NCBI RefSeq assembly: GCF_009914755.1
Contig: NC_060929.1
Length of the DNA stretch: 64,000 nt
Source: the human T2T-CHM13v2.0 reference genome, Homo sapiens
Strand: one strand, 5' to 3'
Shown piece by piece: positions 13,181-26,460 of the stretch. Made by a program: the position numbers and the translations under genes. Below the pieces are notes generated by a model. It saw nothing but the letters and a program-made list of their open reading frames with translations. It made no database searches and was not told the DNA's origin. The stretch's first letter is position 1; each line of letters begins with the position of its first letter.

Positions 13181-16100
13181 TTCTATCTGTCATCTCTGTT
13201 TATCATCTATCTATCTCTATGTTTACATGATATTTAGCACATCAAACAATCCAAGTGCAAAATTTAAAAAATAATATCAATTGGACAATTTTTCTAATGC
13301 TTACTAGCTTTTATTTAACTTAATAAAGATTCTATCATTATTCCATTTTATGTGGCATTAAAGAAGTGTTATGTAAGTTAAATTCAGCTCAGATATGTAC
13401 TAGACAATCCCCTGAACTGTATGTAAAGTCTAAAAGTGGGTCAAAGTATTCTACAGTACAGGTAGGTAGAGACCACCAGGGTTTTAGTCAGTTGAATATT
13501 TTTCAGCCCCTTATGATGGTGACTGAATCTGTTAATAGTTAATTATATAAGGTGTGTAGATGTTGGCAGTGTTCTGGTTGGTGTAGAGTAGAATGCTGAT
13601 AGCTTATGGCACTTAAATAAAACTTTAACGTGACCAATGATATCTTCTTAAAATTTATTATGTGTGATATCTAAAGATTAGTAACCTAATTAGTTATCCT
13701 GACATATCTCAAAGACTTCAGATAAAGTTCTGAGTGGGAACACCTCATTCAGCATTGGAAGCATACCTTAATTTCTCTTTCAAACATTCTATTAGTCCCT
13801 CTGCATTATTGGAAATAATAAACCTGGCCGTAGACAAATATTTTAAATGTGGTATGTGTCTTTGGAGACTCTGAATTGTAGTGATTATTCCTCACCCCAC
13901 ACAGCACAGGTTGTCCTTTAAGAATGAATGTAGATGTTCATTTCTGTAATTGGGCACTGTTCATGACTGGCTCTTGGTTGGTCCTCTTGAAAGTTTATTG
14001 TATAAATAAAATAATGTAACAAGTGTTAGTGTTTTTGATAAAATAAACTTGACGTTTATCTTTTAACAGCTAATTTTCTCTTTAAATGTTTACAAGAAAA
14101 ATATAAAACCAATGTATTTCAGTTGATAGAATTTTCATTAATGTGGACTCTTGTTGAGACAAATTTTAGGGAACTAGTTCTAGAGGTTCCCAAATTTACT
14201 AATGTTAAAAGTAGTGGTATCAAGTAGTGTTTTAGTGTTTTACAATTTTAAAATCACATATATTATACCTTCTTCTGCACACAATATTACTATTGATGTT
14301 AGAAGTGTAGCATTAGTCAACTGAATATTTGGAATTTCTCTTTTATTAGTTAATAAAACAAAGACATAAAGCCTAAAACTATACTCCTCTGTATTTAATA
14401 ATACCAGAAATACAGATGTTATCTGAAGGATAAAAGAAATTATCCCAGAGATGAAAAAGAGAATATGAGAGATCGAATTATATATGTAACTGAACATTCT
14501 TTCATACAGAATCTCATAGGGGAAAATCATCATTTTCTGCAGTTTTAAGGTAGTTCATCAAGAGTATTCAGAATTCCTATCAATCTTTGAAGAGATACGT
14601 CTAAGGAATAATACCAAAACAATATTTTCTTTTATGCTCCCATTTGCTTTTTTTCCTCAAGCAGGTGAGAAATGGTACATAAATGGCACATCAATGCCTA
14701 ACCAAATTTGTCAAAATTTTGCTTGTCTGTAATCATATGACAAAATCTTAGTATTACAAGGACATTATCTTTTTTTATAAACCTTTCTTATCAGAGGGTA
14801 CTGCCGGACAAGAAGTAAGATATCTTTAACCTAGCCAATGACTGGCTTCCTTTGTTTTTCTATCTTAGCCAATCTTCTTTCTTTGAAACATGGTATTTGC
14901 TATTTAAGGAATCTCGTAAAAATACTAGGCATTTTTAGAGTTCCACATATAAAAACATTGATCACAGTGTATTTAAAATTCTTACTTAAATTAGAGTTTT
15001 AGACATTTTTGTTAAGAAATAAGAATTTTACTCTTATGATTATTTTTCTGTTATTTAGGGATATATGTACATGAGACCTAAATTTTAGAAATCAGTTTGA
15101 TATTGAGTCACTCGGTAGGAAATGAAAATTGAGCTTTAATTTATTTTCCTATTTTTTTCTGTTTCTTTTTTTAACTTTAAGCATCATGTAATGATATTGA
15201 CCAGGACTCTCATTTTTTGAAATACCCCATTAAAAGCATTATTTAACGTAATTGATTAATGAATGATACAAACAGCCACTAAGAGAGTACCTTGGTTTAT
15301 AAAGTTAGAGGTCAACTTGAGTATAATACTTGGGTAAATCTTATCCTTAAGGAGTTACTGTACTAATTAGTGCCCACTGCAAGTAAACCAGGTATAATTT
15401 ATCTCTCCCTCTCTCTCTCAACAAATTTACTGTGTTAAATGAAAAGTGAGAAACAAAAAAGTGGAAACACAGACTGTAAAACCAACCATCCAACAAATCA
15501 ATCATATCTACAGCTATGCAGATATATACACATCTCCAGGATAATAAAAAATTCTAGGGATTCTAAAAATTATTACTGAAATTTTGTAATAATTTTAACC
15601 AGTTCAATGTGGCTAGGAAACTATTTCAAGAAAGAATAATGAGGATTGATTAAATTTGAAGCAAAAATTCTCTGGACCTTCTAAAGTAGAGGAGACACAT
15701 TGGCAATAACAAAGGGCTACGCATACACTTGAGGAAGGAAATGTGTTTGTTACACAAATAATGAGTCAGAAGGCAACAAGAAGAACAAGAGTTGTAAGGA
15801 AGAAAGAAAGTCTGGTATGACAATAGGTCATTGAAGATCTCGTGTCCACAATGAAGTGACTGGTTTATGTTCATAATTCAGATTAGAATTTTGTATTTTC
15901 AAGGGTTGTTACAAATCTAAGAATGTTAAGAGGTAGCACAATATGACCCTCAAAACAGAAAATAGATATCATCCTAAGGGAAAACGTAGTACCAGAAGAA
16001 ATAATCCAAAGTCTATTGGTTGAACACTTACACGTGATTATGGAGAGCTTCTATTATTAAAATTATTATCAAAATTGTCTTTGATTTTTGTTTCATATAC

Positions 16101-16413
16101 TCTATATTTAAATTATGGTCACACTCTCCACCTATCAATTACAAATTGGTATTTGTGAGCTGAAATTAACTTTTGTCTTTGGGAAAATGGGTTGGCATTG
16201 GATTCTGTTTTACTCCTCCGTCTTTACTACCCCTCAAATAATGATTTGATTTCAGAAATTCAAATGGCTATTAATTAACCTTTGAAAAGGATCTAACTTA
16301 TAGGGAGTTTAGGCACTGGGAGAGTTTGGTTCATCATTAATATTGCCAGACATAGCACCTCATTTTTCGGCTTGATGGTTTGAAGGATATATTCTTAGGA
16401 GTGGCCTAATTAA

Positions 16414-16774
<361 letters not shown>

Positions 16775-18454
16775 GCAAAGTTTTTATTCCCAGGCATTAC
16801 TTTTGCTCATTTTTTTGTTTGTAATGATGACTCTTAAGTGCTAATTGAACCTTGATACAACCATCAACTACTTAATAATAACCAACTATCAGTGTTTTGC
16901 TTATTGCTTCCTACAATAAAAGAGTATATTTTTCAGCTCATAGGTACTGAGAAAAGTTTTCAAGTATCTCCACAATTAAACACTGTAGAATACAGTAAGT
17001 GATCACGTACAATTTCATAATAAAATGATAAAATTAAACTCAAAGGAATGAATTTCTCAACTAGCTATTAAGTAACAAAAGATGGTTTTTCTGTAGATAT
17101 TGTTTCTAAAATGTAGATACTTTCTAAAGTGTTCATTAGAAAATCTGATTTTTTGTGGTAAATCAGAAATTTTGTTGTAGAATGTTGTAGATTATATTAT
17201 GTGGTAGGCAGTACCACATGTTTCGCTTGGTGAGAGGGTGAGACAAAATGCAAACAACAGATGCCAAATCTATAATCCCGTACCGCATGAAAGACAGTAG
17301 AGCCCTAGCAAATAATTTAATCTACAACATTCTAACTTCTATTTTTGGAAAGTAGTAAAAATATAGAACAAATCAAAAATGATCATGGTGATAATTTTTG
17401 TGCCTTCACTAAGATGCTTATCTTTACCTTTCTATACTTCTTGGTAAGTCCAGAATACATTATGAACTTCAATTGGTCACTATTTAGTTCTTATTAAGTA
17501 ATCTTTTTAAACAATCACAGCTGCTAAAATATCAAGAGACTCCTAAACTCCTAGTCCTAAGTGTACTCTGCCATTTACAAATTTTCAAGCACAAATCAGT
17601 AAATTCTGTGGCTATTCAACTCATTTCTACATTGCAAATTTATAGAGAAAGGTTTAGAAATTGTTCTTGAAAGTTAAGCTCATAAAAATTTGAATTTGTA
17701 GAGCCCAATATATTTGCTTTTAATTTTATCATCTTTAAATATAATATAAAGGAATGTTTTACCTCTAAAGAAATAATAGAGATGTTGTGTCTTTAAAGGA
17801 ATAATATAATAGAGATGACGATAGTTTAGAAAAAAAATCTAGTTATCAAAAGATTTCAGATGTGCACATGTAAAGTAGCCTCTACCTTACAACATTTCTC
17901 TAGGTTGTAAGACACTGAGTTTATGTAAATTCAACTTCATGCAAATTGTTTCATAAGATACATTCTATAAATTTGGAATTATAGACTATATACTGTAAGT
18001 TTAAAAATATGTTAATACGAGAAAACAAAGAGGCACGCAAAGCAGAGATCCTCATGTTTTGCTTGGTGAGATGGTGGGCTAAAAGGCAAACAACAGATGC
18101 CAAATATATGTTTCTCCATGAAAGACAGAGTAAGACAGCTTCTGCATTTACTGTAGGAAGAATTTGCATCCTGCTCTGAAACTTGGTCACCTAAGGTTTT
18201 AGAGGAGATGATGACTAGATGAGCTGTAGTTTTGGAGGAGATGATGTGACAGCCACTCATCCCAGACAACCAAGTACATTATTATGGTAATATTGAAGTT
18301 TGTATAAGGGATTATCATTCATGCAAGGTGGGATGGATGACGGAAGACCATGATAGAACACTTTTCTCCCTCCTCTCCCTCCCTCTCTCCTTTACTTCCT
18401 TCCTCTTTCCCTCCCTTTCTTCTTTTCTTTCTTACTACATGCCTTCTTGCTTAC

Positions 18455-19120
18455 CTCTAGCAAATATTTATAGAATATATAAATATGTCAGACTCTTTAC
18501 TAGGGTCTGAGATTAAAAAAGGGATAAATGCAGGCAAAGCTTGCCTTGCATATTCTAGTTGTAAAGATAAACAATAAATAAATAAACATACAATGCAAAA
18601 ATAAATACATAAATGGAAGGGTAAAGAGATAGTGACAGATGGTGACAGTGGTAGGGGGTGTTTCTGATATTACAGTCAGAGAAGACTTGCAGAGGATATT
18701 CTGTACAAGCATAGACCCTCATCCTTTCCCCCAAATAAGGGGTAAAACCACCCATAGGTATGTGGGTAAGAGGGTTTCAGGGAAAATGACTGGCAGGCAC
18801 ATCGTCTGTCCCTGAAGCTTCAGATTACCTCATTTATTGTTACTGGCAAGATATTAGTATTTTATAGAGTGTGGTAAGAAGCTGCTTTATGATGAAGAGA
18901 GACTTTGGCTTTGGGAACAGGGAGCAAGAATGCAACCCGTCACATCAGTTAAGGAACTATTGTAGAGTTCTAATCAAGAGATGATGTTGGCTTTTACCAG
19001 GGTGACAGCAGTGGATGTCATGAGAAATCATTTGACTCCTGATATTTTTTGAAGGTAATATCTATAGAATTTGCTGATTAATTGGTGATATAATGCTAAG
19101 AAGAAAAAGGGGTCAAGGCA
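18455..19120. mobile_element. L2-like fragment
   Basis: caaatatttatag...cttgccttgcatattctagt...gagatgatgttggctttt...gatattttttgaaggtaa...gaatttgctgat typical of old L2. Confidence 0.5.
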
Positions 19121-19943
19121 CTTTTATGGCAATTTCAATTTTTCTCATTCATATTTACCATAAAATAATTAAATAAGATATTTGTATGTGCCTGTGGGTG
19201 TGTATATGAATCTGACACTCTAAGACATAGTTATCTGAGTTAGATATACATAAAACACATATATCTACATTCACTAAATTTCTACATTATAGTGAATTAA
19301 GTGTCAACTCCCCATATATGTGCTTTTCAAAGATGCAGATTCTTTCTCCACTCTAAAATTTCTGATTTTGTATGCAGGTAAGACTCATGTAGGAAATTCA
19401 CCAACAGTGGGAGGTAGACTGAAGTAGGTTGTAGATTTACAGAAATGTGTTTGAAAAATCCACGGTGATGTTCCAAAGTCAAAAATATAAATTAAAACTC
19501 CAGCAAGCCTATCTTGTTTTTAAGTTTATAAACTCTGTTTGAATTGTCAAAGAACTCTTGTATTACAAAGTATAGAGATAAGTCTATTTTGAATTGAGAA
19601 AGTTAGTATTTTGTGTGGCATATATTCTTATATAATAACTCTCATTTTAGTTCATCTGAGGTCATCCGTTCTCTGAGAAGAGAAAGCGCCTGGGAAATAC
19701 CAATGAGAGAAAATTCTAGTTTGTTAACTATGTCAACATTATTCTCAAAGTTTTAAAAGTATTTTTTTCACACTACTTAATATTACTAGTTATCTAGGCA
19801 AGGAATTTTATCTTTTAAAGTTTGGATGTAAATATATATATATTATAGAATACTCATGAAATCTAAAAGAAAGTAAAGCACACATTGCACACAGAAAAAG
19901 TATAAGGTCAAAATACAACTGTTGACTCAATGAGGTTCTCACT

Positions 19944-22221
19944 TGATATAGTTTAGCTGGGTCCCCACCCAAATCTCATCTTGCATTGTATTCCCATAAT
20001 TCCCACATATTGTTGGAGGGCCCTGGTGGTAGAGAATTTGAATCATGGGGGTGGTTTCACCCATAGTGTTCTCAGGGTAGTGAATAAGTCTCATGAGATC
20101 TGATGGTTTTATCTAGGGTTTCCGCTTTTGCATCTTCCCCAGTTTCTCTTGCCACCGCCATGTAAGAAGGGCCTTTCGCCTCCCACCATAATTCTGAGGC
20201 CTCTCCAGCCATGTGGAATTGTAAGTCCAATTAAACCTCTTTTTCTTCCCAGTCTCAGGCATGTCTTTATCAGCAGCTGAATACAAACTAATACAGTAAA
20301 TTAGTACCCGTAGAGTGGGGTGTTGCTGAAAAGATACTCAAAAATGTGAAAGCGACTTTGGAACCGTGTAACAGGCAGAGGTTGCAACAGTTTGGAGGGC
20401 TCAGAACAAGACAGGAAAATGTGGGAAAGTTTGGAACTTCCTAGAGACTTGTTGAATGGCATTGACCAAAAGCCTGATCGCAATATGGATAATAAGGTTC
20501 AGGCTGAGGTGGTCTCAGATGGAGATGAGGAACTTGTTGGGAACTGGAGCAAAGGTGACTCTTTTTATGTTTTAGCAAAAAGACTAGTGGCATTTTGCCC
20601 CTGCCCTAGAGATTGGTGGAACTTTGAACTTGAGAGAGATGATTTAGGGCATCTGGCAGAAGAAATTTCTAAGCAGTAAAGCATTCAAGAGGTGACTTGG
20701 GTGCTGTTAAAGGCACTCAGTTTTAGAAGAGAAACTGAATAAAATAAAAGTTTGGAAAATTTGCAGCCTGACAATGTGATAGAAAATAAAAACCTATTTT
20801 CTGGGGAGAAATTCAAGCTGGCTGCAGAATTTTTCATAAGTAACAAGGAGCAGAATGTTAATCCCTAAGACAATGGGGAAAATGTCTCCAAGGCATGTCA
20901 GAGGTCTTTATGGCAGCCTCTCCCATCACAGACCTGGAGACCTAGGAGAAAATGGTTTCACGGGCTGGGCCCAGGATCCCTGTGTGCAGCCTAGGGACTT
21001 GGTGCACTGCATCCCAGCTGCTCCAGCCATGGCTGAAAGGGGCCAATGTAGAACTCAGGCTGTGGCTTCAGAGGGTGTAAGCCCGAAGCCTTTGCAGCTC
21101 CCATAAGGTGTTGAGCCTGTGAGTGCACAGAACTCAAGAAATGGGGTTTGGGAACCTCTGCCTAGACTTCTGAAGATGTATGGAAATGCCTGGATGCCTA
21201 GGCAGAAGTTCGCTGCAGGGGCGGGGTGCTCACGGATAACCTCTGCAAGGGCAGTGTGGAAGGGAAATGTGAGGTTGGAGCCCCCCACCCCTCCCACAAT
21301 CCCTACTAGGGCACCGCCTAGCGGAGCTGTGAGAAGAGGGCCACCATCCTTCAGACCCCAGAATGGTAGATGCACAGACAGCTTGCACCGTTTGCCTGGA
21401 AAAGCCGCACTCAATGCTAGTGCGTGAAAGAAACTGGATGGAAGACTGTATCCTGCAAAGCCACAGAGGCGGAGCTGCCCAAGACCATGGGAACCCACCT
21501 CTTGCATCAGCGTGACCTACACGTGAGACCTGGCATCAAAGGAGATCATTTTGGAGCTTTAAAATTTGACTGCCTCACTGGATTTTAGACTAGCACAGGC
21601 CCTGTAACCTTTTTGTTTTGGCCAATTTCTCCCATTTGGAACGGCTGTATTTACCCAATAACTGTACTCCCATTGTATCTAAGCAGTAACTAGCTTGCTT
21701 TTGATTTTACAGGCTCATAGGCGGAAGGGACTTGCCTTGTCTCAGACGGAACTTTGAACTGTGGACTTTTGGGTTAATTCTGAAATGAGTCAAGACTTTG
21801 GGGGACTGTTGGGAAGGCATGACTGGTTTTGAAATGTGAGGACATGATATTTGGAGGGGCCAGGGTGGAATGATATGGTTTGGCTGTGTCCTCACCTAAA
21901 TCTCGTCTCAAATTGTACTCTTATAATTCCCATGTGTTGTGGGAGGGACCAGTGGGAGATAATTTGAATCATGGGAGCAGTTTCCCCTATACTGTTCTCG
22001 TGGTAGTGAATAAGTCTTACGAGATCTGATGGTTTTATCAGGGGTTTCTGCTTTTGCATCTCCCTCATTTTCTCTAGCTGCTGCCATGTAAGAAGGGCTT
22101 TTCACCTCCCGCCATAATTCTGAAACCTTCCAGCCATGTGGAACTGTAAGTCCAATTAAACCTCTTTTTCTTTCCAGTCTCAGGTACGCCCTTATCAGCA
22201 GCATGAAAATGGACTAATACA
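19944..22221 (+). mobile_element. Full-length THE1 (THE1A-like) MaLR element: LTR 19944-20295, internal 20296-21870, LTR 21871-22221
   Basis: Two ~350-bp direct LTRs (TG...ctaataCA); THE1-int sequence; polypurine tract ggaggggccagggtggaa before the 3' LTR; near-TSD tcact/ccact. Confidence 0.93.
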
Positions 22222-24599
22222 CCACTTAAGGAAGTGCTAAGGCTATTCTGCTAAAAAATTAGATCTGTTGATTGACAATAGTGGACAAGAAACTAAGAAT
22301 AGACATTCAAATCCATCTGATAGTTAGCAATAAGGTAGATAAAGAATCTAGGAGCCACAAAATATGGAGTAAAAACAGTTAAACCAGTTTACTGAACATC
22401 ACTGGAGTTGGGTTACTACAGGAATGATCAATATTCCAAATTGAAATTGGAGTGCATTAATATACGGCAGATTATAGGGTTTTAAATCTAAAAAGTAGGC
22501 ATGAAATTAGGTGCCTAAAACATAAAAGGAAGAGAAAATATATGTACAATATCAACTTCTAGGCATTTTGCTGGAGTAGCACCAGAGTAGCTTAGTAGTG
22601 GTCTAAATGCCCAGTAGTCCATAGTAGAGCTGTGAAGGCAATACCATCAAGTGGCCAGTTGCTGCTTGGCCAGTGAAAGAGAAAATAGGCTTCAATTTTA
22701 GAATAAGAGAGGTGGACAGAAAGATTTTTTGGGATCAGAATTTTATTCACAGGTTGACTACATCCCAGAAATCTGGAAACCTATAGGCTTGCCATAGCCA
22801 ATTGCAGGGAAGTGAGATATATGCAGGCTATATAACTTCTAGAAATTGAAGGCAGGAAAAGTGAAAGTGAGAGGTGGTAATATGAAGCAAGGTTGGCCAC
22901 CAGCCACTCTTAAGACAGAGAAAGAGTGTAGGAACCTACTTATTGGACACACAATTCCATGTGAGATAAGAACTCAGTAGTTTAGGAATTGAAATAATGC
23001 AAAATCCCAGTCAATAGAAACTGGAGTAACAAAGCCAGATCAGGAAGCAATAAGGAAATGATACAAACTTTGAGGACTACTGCCATCAGGCCTCTCTCAT
23101 TACCCACATGTAAAAGCAGTCTTCATTTCAGAGTCACAGGTGGGGCTAAATCTAACAACTTGGCCCCCAGTGTCAAAGTTTAGAGGGACACAGAAATAAG
23201 AAGTCATTTAGACTCTATTTTCCTCCAGTATTATCACCTTTTAAAATTCCCTATTGCGATTGTTGAAATCCTTACATTGCAACAATTTTGATTATGCCTT
23301 GACATCGTTACTTCTAGAGGCCTTACATTTTTTCACAGCTATACTTCGCATAGACTTCGACATTTGAAGCTCCTGATTTCCACTTCCATTGCCATTCCCT
23401 CATCAAATTTTTTACATCTTCTTTCTATACAATTGTCTTTGTTTGTATCTACTTGTTCACAAGGTTTCTCTTATAGTCTAATTAGTTTAACAGTTCAAGT
23501 TTTAAAAAGCTAAATTGATTTCACATTAATCTCTGACCCTTCACCCAAGAGAGAAAAGGAAAGATAATAAGGTAAAATGTTTGCAGTTTTATTTGCTATT
23601 ATGAATTTTCTTCACTTGATAATGCTTGAGTGTGATTTCTCATGACTTTTTTTTTAAAAGTAGTTACCTATTTATGCTTTTAAGACTTTATTTAAAAATA
23701 TTCAAAAAATATTCAAAATATTCAAAAATAATGTATTCCAGTATATCTTCAAGAGACTGTGTTTTTCAACATGTCAACTCAGCATACTTTTCTATCTATC
23801 TTTATATTGTACTATTTCATATTTCAATATCCATGTTTCTGTCATTTAGCTAATTTTTCTAAGGAACTAAAACAATCCAAAAAAACTGTACAGATATAAA
23901 AATTGATCATTAAAAACTGCTTATATTTATGATGTGATTATAATTCCATTTCTACTGTTGAGTTTTTTTCAGTTAATAGGTTAATCAAACACACAATTCA
24001 TCAAATATCTTTTAACCGTTAATGAAAAACAAACATGCACGCTTAATTATGTTAAAAAAACATAAAATTCAAATATACTAACATACACAAATACCACATA
24101 TAAAGAGAAATTAAAGAAATATGGCTCAGGATATCAAATATAAACTTGCTAAACTATGTTCTTACTATCTCCTAGATAATTATTAATAAAAAGTAACATT
24201 AACATAAATCTATTACATCATTCCATAGTAATATTCATAATCTTTATACAACAAATAAAATCACACAAAACTAATGAGTATGAAGAAGAGATACTAAGAA
24301 AAAAGTTTGTGTGGAATATTAAATTTAATAAAATTGCCATTTGCCTCCCCCCTCACCTCACCAAAAAAAGCTGTGTGAATCTTGTTGCTATGACAGGATC
24401 ACTTTTTCTTTCAACTACGCAATAATTATAATATTCTATTCCAGGGTAAATGTAATTTAAATGTTGCACAGAAAAGGATATCATAGACAAATATTTGTTT
24501 GAGGTTTTAGTAATACTTTAAAATTTTCTAACAGTTTTCCACCCCCAAGTAAAATATCTTTGAAAAACTTACAATCTCAAAAAGCAGAAGAAAGCTCAC

Positions 24600-24857
24600 C
24601 TTATTACAAAATTGTGACTGTCAATCTCCTTTCCACATTCACTGTCTAACAGAATGCCAGAATTTCCAACAACTGCACAGGTCTTAAACCTGCGATTCTT
24701 CATTGGTGAAACTTCAGGTAGGAGGCTATGTAGATCATGAGAAATGTTTAGTGTCCGGCGCCTGTCAAGCACATAGTGTATGACATCACCAGGCTTAAAA
24801 CTGCTCTTGACCACTGACACATCTCGTTCTGCATCTAAGAAACGAAGTATGTTCTTC
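24600..24857 (-). CDS. ST8SIA4: ST8SIA4 coding exon 3 (258 bp; residues 82-168, includes most of sialylmotif L)
   Basis: Acceptor ...aaatacAG|GAAGAAC; donor ATAAG|GTgagc; translation [12 protein letters not shown]...[28 protein letters not shown] (GT29 sialylmotif L). Confidence 0.97.
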
Positions 24858-25502
24858 CTGTATTTGAAATACAAGCAAAGTTTTACATTACCATCAGCAT
24901 ATCCAAGAACTGATGGTGTCATTTACAAAGTAACTTAAGACAAAATACAAATTGGCAAACTATTAATCTTAGATTACCAAATTGGTAAGCTATGAATCTT
25001 AGGTGGTGATTAAACCAATGAATTAAGTCGATTCTATAAGAAACAAAATTTTAAAAATCATTTGCACAGATTCTTAATGACTGTATACATAGATATAGTA
25101 TAAACATCTATTTGTGGAGTTATAAAAAGCACTCCAATTATCAAAATATATAGAAAAATTGGTTTATTAAGTAAAACACAGTGGCCATGACTTGACTTTG
25201 AATAGTTATTCTGCTAGCTTCAGCGTATTTTGATAGTCATAAGTGTTGTTTAATATCATCTAGTTAAGGTGGAGAGAAATAATTTGAGATTGTTTTTGAT
25301 TGTATCATAGTTAATGCTATTAAAAGGAATGAACTTCTCAAACTTATATACATTTATACATATGATATGTATATTATAATTATCTAAAGAAGAATTAAAA
25401 CTATAGCAATAGATGTATATGCAACTTTTTCTCTAAGATCAAGAGTCCTGGAAGTAAGATGGATACATCAAAGACAAAATGAATAGATAGAACATTGGAC
25501 TC

Positions 25503-26460
25503 TGTGTGGCAGAGGTAGCTAATTGTTCCTTAGTTTCCTTTTTTCTCTTCTTCCTTCTAATATTTGAACCTTCTAAGTTTTACTTGGGCACATGGATGCT
25601 CAGCTAGAATATTTGCAAGTCTCAAAACCCAAGTAGAGCTCAGTTGGGTCATGCAAGTTAGTTTTCTTAATTAAATAGTATATGAGTGGATCATGTGAGT
25701 TTAAGTGAGAAATAAAGAAATTTCCTACTTGTTTGGCCACTAAATTTTAAGGTTACTTTTTTGGTCAATACTTAGCCTAGCCCATACCTAATATATAAAT
25801 TGATAACAGATTGAGAGGCTACATGAACGTAAATATATGCATATGCTAAGTAGGTAGATGATGGAAAATGATTATAATATATATATATAGCTGGCTGGAA
25901 AACTGATGATCCTTGGCATGATATAGAGAAGCACCTGATACAGTTGCTGTCTTCAATAATTTGGAAGTTGTGCCATGCATCTAATAAATATGTTGTTCTT
26001 GAATAATTGTTTAAAATGTGTCTGTATGTTCGTTTATGTTAGTTTCTCCTTTTAGTAAGGCACTAGAAGAGGTGAAGTCAGGCATAAAATAGCCAACTAA
26101 CTTGCATGCTGAGATGAAAGGGAATACATATCTGGCAGTGCCTGTAATCTAAACTGTGTGAGAGTCTATTGATTGGGACCTTTTAAATGTTCCTGTAACC
26201 CCAATCAGCAAGAGATACCACTATAAATTGGAGCCATCCAGGCAGCAAAAGGGATATTGCCTTCCCATATAAGTCCATAGATTAAAATGACTTAAGGGTA
26301 GCTGCCATTAAATTGAGAGGAGGAAAGGATAGGTCAGAGTAATTAGAGGAGAGTTCCAAGGGTTAAGAACAGTGAGCAGAAGAAATCACTGGATGAGGTT
26401 ATTTACACCTGGAACTAACAAGAAGGGAAGAGTCCGGGACCCTAGTAGATTTTAAGGAAA
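25503..26460 (+). mobile_element. Old MLT1-type LTR (~25503-25795) plus adjoining internal sequence
   Basis: tgtggcagagg start; gtgagaaataaa...ccactaaatttt...cctaatata end; followed by degenerate MaLR-internal-like sequence. Confidence 0.5.

Noticed and set aside
21957-21975. DUX4 site in the THE1 3' LTR
   Set aside because: Reads TAATTTGAATCA, one base longer than the 11-bp TAAYYYAATCA-type spacing; the 5' LTR lacks the TAAT half.
20301-22204. Cluster of 60-150-aa ORFs
   Set aside because: All lie inside the THE1 element and are decayed MaLR sequence.
24858-24922. ORF-track N-terminal extension [21 protein letters not shown] of the 108-aa ORF
   Set aside because: Intronic sequence upstream of the exon 3 acceptor that happens to be open; the real frame enters via splicing at 24857.
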